Positions 25,801 through 33,302 of a stretch of DNA of 33,302 bases are shown here, piece after piece. Numbering within the stretch: position 1 is the stretch's first letter; each line of letters starts with the position of its first letter. This DNA is from an uncultured Rhodocyclaceae bacterium. GTDB lineage: Bacteria; Pseudomonadota; Gammaproteobacteria; Burkholderiales; Ga0077523. The stretch is from positions 2,415-35,716 of the forward strand of contig CAZXJW010000001.1 in NCBI GenBank assembly GCA_964641005.1, read 5' to 3'. Under the pieces are notes generated by a model. That model was not told the origin of the DNA. It did not search any database and saw only the letters and a program-made list of their open reading frames with translations. The translations under genes and the position numbers were made by a program.

Positions 25801-28800
25801 GCTCGCCGGCGGCACGCTCGCCGTGAGCGCCATCGACACGGTCATCGGCACCGCCGGCACCACCGACGTGGTGCGCGCCATCGCCGCGGGCTCGTCCTTC
25901 GTGGTGAGCGCCGTGGACACGGTGATCGGCTCGGGCGCCGGCAACGCCGACGTGGTGACCATGGTCACCGCCGACACCCTGGCCGTCTCGGCCCTGGACA
26001 CGGTGATCGGCTCGGGTGGCGGCGACGCCGTGCGCATGCTGGCCGGCGGCACCCTGAACATCGACCTGGTGAGCACCGCCATCGGCACCACCGGCTCGAC
26101 CGAGGTGGTGCAGCTGCTCGACACCGCCACGGTGTCGGTCTCCAACGTGGACACGGTGGTGGGCACCACCGCCACCACCGACGTGGTGCGCAACCTCTCC
26201 GCCGGCACCCTGGCGGTGAGCGCCGTCGAGACGGCCATCGGCACCGCTGCCACCACCGACGTGCTGCAGATCGTCTCGGGCGGCTCGGCCAGCGTGGCCG
26301 TGAGCGCCATCGAGACGGTGCGCGGCAGTGCCGCCACCGATGACGCGGTCACGCTGCTGGCGTCCGGGGCGCTGGCCGTCTCCGGCGTGGAGACCGTCGT
26401 GGGCACCGGCGGCGTCGACGCGCTCGCCATGCTCTCGGGCGGCGCCATCGTCGTGTCGGCCATCGAGACCGTCACCGGCACCACCGGCACCACGGACGTG
26501 GTGTCGGTGCTCGCCGCCGCCGGCACCACGCTCTCGGTCTCGGCGGTGGAAACCGTGGTGGGCACCACCGACCAGGCCGAGATCGTGCGCCTGCTGGCCG
26601 CCGGCTCCATCGCGCTCAGCAACGCCGAGACAGTCATCGGCACCACCGCCGCGGGCGACTCGGTGCGCATGCTCAACGAGGGCACGCTGCGCGTGAGCGC
26701 CGTGGAGACCGCCATCGGCTCCACCGGCACCACCGACGTGCTGTCCCTGGCGAGCGCCGGGGTGTCCGTGTCGGCCTTCGAGACCGTTATCGGCACCACC
26801 GCCACCACCGACACGGTGACGATGCTCAACCAGGCGCTGTCCGTGTCCGCCATCGAGACGGTGATGGGCTCGGCCTCCGCCGACGTGCTCAGCCTGCTGG
26901 CCGCCGGCACCGTGGTGGTCTCGGGCGTGGAGACCGTGGTGGGCCTCACCGCCGCGGGCGACGTGGTGCGGGTGCTCGCCTCCGGCACCCTGGCCGTCAG
27001 CGAGATCGAGACCGTGGTGGGCGCGAGCGGCACCGACGTGCTGAGCCTGCTCGGCACCGACGTGGCCGTGAGCGTCTCGAACGTGGAGACCGTGATCGGC
27101 GGAGCCGGCACGGCCGACAGCCTGAAGATCCTGGCCGGCGGCGGCATCACCGTGTCGGCCGTCGAGACCGTCACCGGCACGCTGGACGCGGACACCGCCC
27201 GGATGATCGCCTCCGGCGCCACCACGCTCTCGGTGAGCAACGTGGAGACCGTCATCGGCACGGCCTCGGCCGACACCGTCGCCATGATCTCGGGCGCGAG
27301 CCTCGCGGTCTCGAACGTGGAGTCGGTGGTCGGCACCGGTTCGGTGGAGACCATCAGCCTGCTCGCCGCCGGCAGCCTCGGCGTGAGCAACGTGGACGTG
27401 GTCCTCGGCTCGTCCGGCACCGACACCGTGAACATGCTCGCCGCCGGCACCGTGAGCGTGAGCAACGTGGAGAGCGTGACCGGCTCGGCCGGCTCGGACA
27501 ACGTGCGGATGCTGGGCACCGGCGCCGCCACCGCGCTGGCCGTGTCCGCCGTGGAGACCGTGACCGGCACCTTCGGCTCGTCCGACACGGTGACCATGCT
27601 CACCGACGCCACGCTGGCCGTGTCGGCGGTGGAGTCCGTGATCGGCACGGCGGCCACCACGGACACCGTGACCCTGCTGGGCGGCACCACCGTGGGCGTG
27701 TCGGCCGTGGAGACGGTGCTGGGCACCGGCGCCACCTCCGACACCGTGCGCATGCTCGCCTCGGGCACCGTGGTGGTCTCGGGCGTCGAGTCCGTGGCCG
27801 GCACCACGGCCGCGGGCGACGTGGTCCGCGTGCTGGACAACGACAGCTTCCTGTCCGTGAGCAACGTGGAGACGGTGATCGGCTCCGCGGGATCCGGCGA
27901 CATCCTCAACCTGGCCGGCGCAGGCGCCGTGTCGGTCTCGCGCGTCGAGACCGTCATCGGCTCGGCGGCCACCGACACGGTCACCGCGCTCGCCGCCGGC
28001 GAACTGGTGGTCTCCGCCGTGGAAACCGTGGTGGGCGCGGGCTCGGGTACCGATTCGGTCACCCTTCTGGTGGAGGGCAGCGTGGCCGTGAGCAACGTCG
28101 CCTCGGTGCGCGGCACCGACGGTGCCGGGGACACCGTGCGGCTGCTGGCCGCCGCCAGCACGACGCTCTCCCTGTCCTCCGTGGACACGGTGCTCGGTTC
28201 CGCCAGCGCCGACACGGTGGTGCTCATGAACACCGGCATCCTGGCGATCTCCAACGTGGAGACCGTCACCGGCACCACCGAGGGCACGGACGCGGTGCGC
28301 ATGCTCGGCTCCGGCACGGTGGCCGTCTCGGCCATCGAGTCGGTGGTTGGCACCACCGCCACCGGCGAGGTCACGCGCCTGCTCGACGCGGGCACACTGT
28401 CCGCCTCGGCCATCGAGACGGTGCTGGGCAGCGCCGGCGTGGACACCGTGGTGGTCCTGTCCGGCAGCAACATCGCGGTGTCCAGCGTCGAGTCGGTGAT
28501 CGGCACGGCGGGCGTGGAGGCGGTGACGCTGCTGCAGGCCGGCACCACGGCCGTGAGCGAGATCGAGACCGTGATCGGCTCCAGCGCCAGCGGCGACTCG
28601 GTCACCTTCCTCGGCGCCACCAGCATCGGGGTGTCGAACATCGAGACCGCAGTGGGCTCGGGCGAGCCCGGCGCCGACGTGCTGCGCCTGCTCGGCGCCA
28701 ACAGCCTGGCGGTTTCCGTGTCCGCCATCGACACCGTGCTCGGCTCCACCGCCACCACCGACGTGATCGCCGCCATCGGCGGCGGCAGCCTGTCGCTGTC

Positions 28801-31800
28801 GAACGTGGAGACCGTGCTCGGATCCGCCGCCACCGACGACGTGGCCACGCTGCTGGGCAGCGGCACGCTCGCCACCACGGCCGTGGAGACCGTCATCGGC
28901 ACCGGCTCCACCACGGCCGCCGACGTGCTGCGCCTGCTCGGCGCCGGCGCGACGGCCGTGTCCGCCATCGAGACGGTGCTGGGCAGCGGCGCCCTCGAGT
29001 CCGTGACCCTGCTGGCCGGCACCACCATTGCCACCTCCGCCGTGGACACGGTGATCGGCTCGGCCGCGGTGGAGAACCTCACCCTGCTGGGCACGGACCA
29101 GGTGTCCGTCTCGGCCATCGCCTCCGTGACCGGTTCGGCCGGCGTGGACACCATCACCCTGATGGAGGCCGGCACGCTGTCGGTTCGCAACGTGGAGACC
29201 GTCGTCGGCCTGACCACCGGCGGCGACCTGGTGCGCATGATGACCACCGGCACGCTGGTGGTGTCGAACCTCGAGTCGGTGATCGGCAGCACCACAGGCC
29301 CCGGCGACATCGTCCAGCTGCTCGCCTCGGCGGAGACGCTGCAGGTGCGCGACGTGGACACCGTGGTAGGCACGGCCGGCGTGGAGTCGGTCGCCCTCGA
29401 CAACATCACCGCGCTGGCAGTGAGCGCCGTGGATTCGGTCACTGGCACCACCGCCAACACCGACCGCATCACTCTCCTGGGCGCGGGCAGCGTGAACGTG
29501 AGCGCCGTGGAGACCGTGCTGGGCAGCGCGGGCACCGACACGGCCACCCTGCTCGCCACCGGCACCCTCGCGGTGTCCGGCGTGGAGAGCGTGGTCGGCA
29601 CGACCGACGCCACCGACGTGGTGCGGCTCTACGCCGGCGGCAGCGTGGCCGTGTCGGCGGTGGAGACCGTGCAGGGCAGCACCACCGGAACCACGGACCT
29701 GGTGCGCCTGCTCGACGCGGCCGCCGTGGCCGTGTCGGCCGTGGAGACCGTGGTGGGCACCGCGGGCGCCGATGCCGTCACCACGCTCTCGGCCGGACTG
29801 CTCAAGGTCTCGGCCATCGAGACCGTGACCGGCACCGCCGGCGCCGAGACCGTGCAGATCCTCGATGCCGCCTCCAGCCTGTCCGTGAGCGCCATCGACA
29901 CGGTGCTGGGCGGCGCCGGCACCGACCAGGTCTCCATGCTGGCCGCCGGCACGCTGGCCGTCAGCAACGTGGAGACCGTCACCGGCACCACCTCGGGCAC
30001 CGAGGTGATGCGCATGCTCGGCACGGGCAACATCGCCGTGTCCGAGATCGAGACGGTGCTGGGCAGCGCCGGCACCGACGTGATCCGCCTCGCCGCCGCC
30101 CAGTCCATCGGCGTTTCCTCGGTGGAGACCGTCATCGGCACCACCGGCGCCGATGCCGTGAACGTGCTCGGCTCCGGCACCCTCGCCGTGTCCGCCGTGG
30201 AGACCATCACGGGCACCACCGCCACCGGCGAGGTGCTCACTCTGCTGGCCACCAACTTCACCTACTCCATCAGCGCCATCGAGACCGTGGTGGGCACGGT
30301 CTCCAACAACGATCGCATCGAGCTGCTGGCCGGCGCGAACCTGGCGGTGAGCGACATCGAGACCGTGATCGGCAGCACGGGCACCGGCGACGCGGTGCGC
30401 ATGCTGGTGGCCGACACCCTGCTGGTGAGCCGCATCGACAGCGTGGTGGGCTCGAGCGGCACCGACGTGGTGACCCTCGCCGCCACCGGTTCCCTGTCGG
30501 TGAGCCTGGTGGACAGCGTGGTGGGCACCACCGCCACCACCGACGTGGTGCGCCTGCTGGGCACCGATGGCGTGGCCGTCTCCGCCATCGAGACCGTCAT
30601 CGGCACGGTCGCCAACACCGACCGGGCCACCCTCGTGGGCGGGACGACCCTGGCCGTGTCGGCCATCGACACGGTGACCGGCACCACGGGAACCGCGGAC
30701 GTGCTGACCCAGATCGGCGGCGGCAGCCTGACGGTGTCCGCCTTCGAGACCGTGGTGGGCTCCGCGTCCACCGACGTGGTCTCCAAGCTGGCCGCCGGCA
30801 GCCTGGCGGTCAGCGCCGTGGAGACCGTCACCGGCAGCGCCGGCACCGACACGCTCACCCAGCTCCAGGCCGACGTGACCCTGGCGGTGAGCGGCGTGGA
30901 GACCTTGGTGGCCACCACCGGCACCGCCGACGCGGTGCGCATGCTCAACAGCGGCACGCTCGCCGCGTCCGCCGTGGAGAGCGTCATCGGCTCGTCCGCG
31001 GCAGACACCCTGCGCCTGCTCGGCGGCTCCGCGGCCACGGTGTCCGTGAGCTCCGTGGAGACCGTGGTTGGCACCGCCAACGCCGGCGATGCCGTGCTGC
31101 TGCTGGGTGCTGCCACAGGACCCTGGTTGCTCTCTGCGGTGGAGTCCGTGGTGGGCGGCAGCGGCACCACCGACAGCGTGGTGCTGCTGGGCGGAGGCAC
31201 CGTCTCCGTGAGCGGAATCGAGACCGTCACCGGCGGCACCGGAACCTCGGACCGCGTGGACGTGCTCGGTTCCGCGGCCCTGAACATCGGCCTGAGTGCC
31301 GTGGAGATCGCCGTGGGCTCCGCCGGCGCGGGTGACACCGTGCGCCTGCTCTCGTCGGGCACCCTGTCGGCGTCCAACCTCGAGTCCGTGGTGGGTTCCG
31401 CGGGCGTGGACACGGTGCGCATGCAGGCCAGCGGCACGCTGCTCGTGTCCGCGGTGGAGTCCGTGGTGGGCAACACCGGGACCGACGTGGTGAACTTCGC
31501 CCGCGCCACCGTGGATCCGACCACCCTGAGCATCTCGGCGGTGGAGACCGTGGTGGGCGGAACCGCCACCAACGATGCCGTGGCCCTGCTGGCCAGCGGC
31601 ACCGTGGCCGTGTCGGCCATCGAGACCGTCACCGGCGGCGCCGGCGCCGACGTGGTGAACCTGCTCGCGGCCGGCAACCTGGCAGTCTCGCTGGTGGAGA
31701 CCGTCGTGGGCAGCGCCGGCGCGGATGCCGTGACCGCCCTGGGAACCGGTCCCGCCAGCCTGCTGGTGTCCGCCGTCGAGACCGTCACCGGAACCGCGTC

Positions 31801-33302
31801 CACCAGCGACGTGCTGACCCTCGCCGAGGCCGGCACCATCACCCTGTCCGGCATCGAGACCCTGGTGGGCTCCACCGCTGCCGGCGACGTGGCGCGGCTG
31901 CTCGCCGCGGGCACGCTGGCCGTGTCCAACGTGGAGACCGTCATCGCCTCCACCATCACCGGGGACGTGGTGCGCCTGCTGGCCGCCCAGCCGATCTCGG
32001 TGTCCAACGTGGAGACGGTGATCGGCACGGCCGCCACCACCGATTCCGTGACGCTTCTGGGCACCGGCACGCTGGCGGTCTCGGTATCGGCGATCGAGTC
32101 GGTCACCGGCACCGCGGGCACGGCGGACATCGTGGCCCTGATCGGCGCCGGAACGCTGTCGGTGTCGGCGATCGAGACCGTGATCGGCACGGCCGGCACG
32201 GACACGGCGGTGATGCTGGCGGGCGGGACGCTCGCCGTGAACGGCATCGAGACCGTGGTGGCCACGGCCGGCAGCACCGACGCGGTGCGCCTCGTCACCG
32301 CCGGAACCGTGGCGGTGAGCGCGGTGGAGACCGTGCTCGGCACCGCCGGCGTGGACGTGGCGCGCATGGTGGGCACCACCAGCCTCGCGCTGTCCGGCAT
32401 CGAGACCGTCGTGGGCACGGCCGGCACCGCCGACGTGGCCACGCTGCTGGGCGCCGGCTTGACCAACCTCTCCGCCATCGAGTCGGTGGTGGGCTCCACC
32501 GCCACGGGCGAGTCGGTGCGCATGCTCGCCGCCGGCACCCTGAGCGTGAGCGCAATCGAGACGGTGCAGGGCTCCGCCGGCACCGACACCGTGCAGCTGC
32601 TCGCCGCGGGTTCCGTGGCGGTGTCCTCGGTGGAGACGGTGGTGGGCACGGCGGGAACGGCCGACACCGCCACCGCCCTGGCCGCCGGCACGCTGGCCAT
32701 CAGCGAGATCGAGACGCTCGTGGGCAGCTCGGGCGCGGACATCGCCCAGCTGCTGTCCAACGAGACGCTGCACGTCTCCAGCGTGGAGACGGTGATCGGC
32801 GTGGCGGGCAACGACACCCTGGTGCTGCTCGCCACGAGCCCGGCGGCCACGCCGGTGCGCATCAGCAACATCGAGGTGGTGGTGGGCACCACCAACGCGG
32901 CGGACACCATCGCGGTGCTCGCCGCCGGCGCCCTCTCGGTGAGCGCCATCGAGACGGTGCTCGGCTCGGGCTCCACCGCCACCGCCGACGTGGTCACCAT
33001 GCTCGATGGCGGGACGCTCGCCGTGAGCAGCGTGGAGACCGTGGCCGGCACCGCCGGTGCCGGCGACGCCGTGCGCCTGCTCACCTCCGGCGCCACCACG
33101 CTCGCGGTGTCCGCAATCGAGTCGGTGCTGGGCAGCGCCTCGGCCGACACCATCCGCCTGCTCGCCGCGGGAAGCCTCTCCTTCAGTGGCGGCGGAGGCG
33201 CGGACACGGTGATCGGCGCCACCGCGACCGACAGCCTTACGCTCCTGGCCGCGGGCGCCGTGGCGGTGAGCAGCATCGGCTCGGTCACCGGCACCACCGG
33301 CA
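22811..33302 (+). CDS. Giant repeat protein (at least 3,497 aa, C-terminus outside the window); RTX-like, probable secreted or surface protein
   Basis: Not in the ORF track because it has no stop in the window. ATG 22811 lies 8 nt after AGGAG. The frame was checked by hand at the start (MTIYTVTAGMTILGNDSVQGTGGTTDAVNLLFTGGDISVSGVETVVGSTGTADIAV...), at 24182-25020, at 27002-27060 and at the end (...LLAAGAVAVSSIGSVTGTTG). All are in one frame with no stops. G-rich first codon positions and near-100% GC3 match the other genes here. No Sec-type N-terminus. Confidence 0.85.
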   Translation, partial: MTIYTVTAGMTILGNDSVQGTGGTTDAVNLLFTGGDISVSGVETVVGSTGTADIAVQFGSGASDLSVSAVETVLGRAAETDAVTLLGTYGTLRVSNVESVTGTAGSGEIVAMLGAGGLSVSGIETVLGSSGTDTVALLADAALAVSAVETVIGSTGTTDTVTVLSSGTLRVSAIETVVGTASPNAVALLAAENVAVSNIETVIGVAGAESVTLLASGAASMALSRVDTVVGTGNAGDQVRLLGAQTLDVSAVETVTGSTATGDTVRFLDTDATMTVSAVELVVGSTGTDDVLRSLGGGNVSVSNIESVLGTASADTITLVGQTAVIVSGIETVTGTAGTADAVTLLQDSAIALSAVESVVGVAGSNDAVRILGTGSVAVSVSAIGTVLGSTTTTEVVQLIDAGDTLRVSHVDTVLATTGTGDTVIMLAAGGLAVSEAETVVGSAGTDSLTLLSGDAVFHVSAIETVAGTGGTDAVQLLAALPGGTALAVTQVATVVGTSGGADSARLLGAGTVSVSAIETVLGAAGGGDNVELLATQTLVVSDVNRVVGVAATTDVLRLLGGAAVSVSAIDTVIGSVGTDAVVMLSDDNAVLVSLVETVTGSAGTTDTVNLAGFGTVAVTAVESVVGSAGQDAIRLLAAGAVGVSAVDTVIGSAGSDAVTILGSGPTVSLSGVETVVGTTAVGEIVRLMAPSSISVSAIEQVQGSTQAGDTVIMLGNASVSVSVTNVETVQGTTDTGDVVRLIGGGAVLLSAVETVSGSAGGDVVTLAAAGTITVDGIETLIGTAGADTAELLAAGTLGVSAIESVIGGTASTDVVQMLSAATLLVSNVDTVLGSSGTDVVTQLGGSGLAVSNVETAIGTAATDDTVTVLGGSVRVSAIESVLGTVGTESIVLLGSGVTVNVAEVDTVTGSAGTDVVNLLSSSPVALSDVESVVGGSGVDVARLLAAGTLSASAIDTVIGSAGTDVLALLGAEDKNIAVSAVETVLATAAGTDTVTMLAGGTLAVSAIDTVIGTAGTTDVVRAIAAGSSFVVSAVDTVIGSGAGNADVVTMVTADTLAVSALDTVIGSGGGDAVRMLAGGTLNIDLVSTAIGTTGSTEVVQLLDTATVSVSNVDTVVGTTATTDVVRNLSAGTLAVSAVETAIGTAATTDVLQIVSGGSASVAVSAIETVRGSAATDDAVTLLASGALAVSGVETVVGTGGVDALAMLSGGAIVVSAIETVTGTTGTTDVVSVLAAAGTTLSVSAVETVVGTTDQAEIVRLLAAGSIALSNAETVIGTTAAGDSVRMLNEGTLRVSAVETAIGSTGTTDVLSLASAGVSVSAFETVIGTTATTDTVTMLNQALSVSAIETVMGSASADVLSLLAAGTVVVSGVETVVGLTAAGDVVRVLASGTLAVSEIETVVGASGTDVLSLLGTDVAVSVSNVETVIGGAGTADSLKILAGGGITVSAVETVTGTLDADTARMIASGATTLSVSNVETVIGTASADTVAMISGASLAVSNVESVVGTGSVETISLLAAGSLGVSNVDVVLGSSGTDTVNMLAAGTVSVSNVESVTGSAGSDNVRMLGTGAATALAVSAVETVTGTFGSSDTVTMLTDATLAVSAVESVIGTAATTDTVTLLGGTTVGVSAVETVLGTGATSDTVRMLASGTVVVSGVESVAGTTAAGDVVRVLDNDSFLSVSNVETVIGSAGSGDILNLAGAGAVSVSRVETVIGSAATDTVTALAAGELVVSAVETVVGAGSGTDSVTLLVEGSVAVSNVASVRGTDGAGDTVRLLAAASTTLSLSSVDTVLGSASADTVVLMNTGILAISNVETVTGTTEGTDAVRMLGSGTVAVSAIESVVGTTATGEVTRLLDAGTLSASAIETVLGSAGVDTVVVLSGSNIAVSSVESVIGTAGVEAVTLLQAGTTAVSEIETVIGSSASGDSVTFLGATSIGVSNIETAVGSGEPGADVLRLLGANSLAVSVSAIDTVLGSTATTDVIAAIGGGSLSLSNVETVLGSAATDDVATLLGSGTLATTAVETVIGTGSTTAADVLRLLGAGATAVSAIETVLGSGALESVTLLAGTTIATSAVDTVIGSAAVENLTLLGTDQVSVSAIASVTGSAGVDTITLMEAGTLSVRNVETVVGLTTGGDLVRMMTTGTLVVSNLESVIGSTTGPGDIVQLLASAETLQVRDVDTVVGTAGVESVALDNITALAVSAVDSVTGTTANTDRITLLGAGSVNVSAVETVLGSAGTDTATLLATGTLAVSGVESVVGTTDATDVVRLYAGGSVAVSAVETVQGSTTGTTDLVRLLDAAAVAVSAVETVVGTAGADAVTTLSAGLLKVSAIETVTGTAGAETVQILDAASSLSVSAIDTVLGGAGTDQVSMLAAGTLAVSNVETVTGTTSGTEVMRMLGTGNIAVSEIETVLGSAGTDVIRLAAAQSIGVSSVETVIGTTGADAVNVLGSGTLAVSAVETITGTTATGEVLTLLATNFTYSISAIETVVGTVSNNDRIELLAGANLAVSDIETVIGSTGTGDAVRMLVADTLLVSRIDSVVGSSGTDVVTLAATGSLSVSLVDSVVGTTATTDVVRLLGTDGVAVSAIETVIGTVANTDRATLVGGTTLAVSAIDTVTGTTGTADVLTQIGGGSLTVSAFETVVGSASTDVVSKLAAGSLAVSAVETVTGSAGTDTLTQLQADVTLAVSGVETLVATTGTADAVRMLNSGTLAASAVESVIGSSAADTLRLLGGSAATVSVSSVETVVGTANAGDAVLLLGAATGPWLLSAVESVVGGSGTTDSVVLLGGGTVSVSGIETVTGGTGTSDRVDVLGSAALNIGLSAVEIAVGSAGAGDTVRLLSSGTLSASNLESVVGSAGVDTVRMQASGTLLVSAVESVVGNTGTDVVNFARATVDPTTLSISAVETVVGGTATNDAVALLASGTVAVSAIETVTGGAGADVVNLLAAGNLAVSLVETVVGSAGADAVTALGTGPASLLVSAVETVTGTASTSDVLTLAEAGTITLSGIETLVGSTAAGDVARLLAAGTLAVSNVETVIASTITGDVVRLLAAQPISVSNVETVIGTAATTDSVTLLGTGTLAVSVSAIESVTGTAGTADIVALIGAGTLSVSAIETVIGTAGTDTAVMLAGGTLAVNGIETVVATAGSTDAVRLVTAGTVAVSAVETVLGTAGVDVARMVGTTSLALSGIETVVGTAGTADVATLLGAGLTNLSAIESVVGSTATGESVRMLAAGTLSVSAIETVQGSAGTDTVQLLAAGSVAVSSVETVVGTAGTADTATALAAGTLAISEIETLVGSSGADIAQLLSNETLHVSSVETVIGVAGNDTLVLLATSPAATPVRISNIEVVVGTTNAADTIAVLAAGALSVSAIETVLGSGSTATADVVTMLDGGTLAVSSVETVAGTAGAGDAVRLLTSGATTLAVSAIESVLGSASADTIRLLAAGSLSFSGGGGADTVIGATATDSLTLLAAGAVAVSSIGSVTGTTG
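22844..33302 (+). repeat. Tandem degenerate coding repeats, modal period 75 nt (25 aa), roughly 135-140 units by period estimate
   Basis: The conserved E/D codon of the V-E-T-V core falls at 25070, 25145, 25220, 25298, 25373 and 25448, giving spacings of 75, 75, 78, 75 and 75 nt. Consensus: L-x-V-S-[AGN]-[VI]-[ED]-[TS]-V-[IVLT]-G-[ST]-x-G-[TAS]-x-D-x-[VIL]-x-[LM]-L-x-x-G-x. The units are diverged at the DNA level. Confidence 0.85.

Noticed and set aside
22819-33297. Minus-strand T/V/S/P-rich ORF series in one frame (84, 2,179, 210 and 1,011 aa)
   Set aside because: It is interrupted by four stops, each created by a sense Tyr codon junction, and has no convincing start or SD context. The plus frame has zero stops over 10.5 kb, an ATG plus AGGAG, G-rich first codon positions and an RTX-like motif.
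22844-33302. CRISPR array or satellite DNA as an explanation for the ~75-nt periodicity
   Set aside because: The period is a multiple of 3 and sits inside one uninterrupted reading frame. The units are diverged throughout, with no identical repeats alternating with unique spacers. No cas genes or leader are present.

Overview
High-GC (about 70% by eye) proteobacterial chromosomal window, densely coding. The ORF track is crowded with long spurious mirror-frame ORFs. It also omits any ORF that lacks a stop inside the window. Left third, all on the minus strand: ridA-like, recG, then a six-gene hydrogenase-4-like / complex-I-like module whose 'large subunit' has lost all four Ni-Fe cysteine ligands (Ehr-type, not a hydrogenase). 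ubiA and a partial SDR gene follow it closely. recG carries an in-frame 34-nt patch that matches the Illumina P5 oligo exactly, so it is probably an assembly artefact. Middle: kup, an acidic hypothetical protein, a canonical sirtuin, a DUF2946 / TonB-dependent receptor / PepSY metal-uptake cluster behind an M55 peptidase, and a divergent DGPF(YciI-like) + ECF42-type sigma factor pair. Right third: an intrinsic terminator, a 41-aa signal-peptide-bearing peptide with three vicinal Cys pairs, and tRNA-Ala(CGC). Then comes a giant plus-strand gene (ATG 22811, at least 3,497 codons, still open at the window end) built almost entirely of degenerate ~25-residue repeats, each with one RTX-like G-x-x-G-x-D turn. 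This gene is not in the ORF track. The 3,454-, 2,179- and 1,011-aa minus-strand ORFs listed over it are antisense artefacts. Most interesting: the giant repeat protein with its neighbouring Cys-rich peptide, and the cysteine-less Ehr-type complex linked to ubiA.
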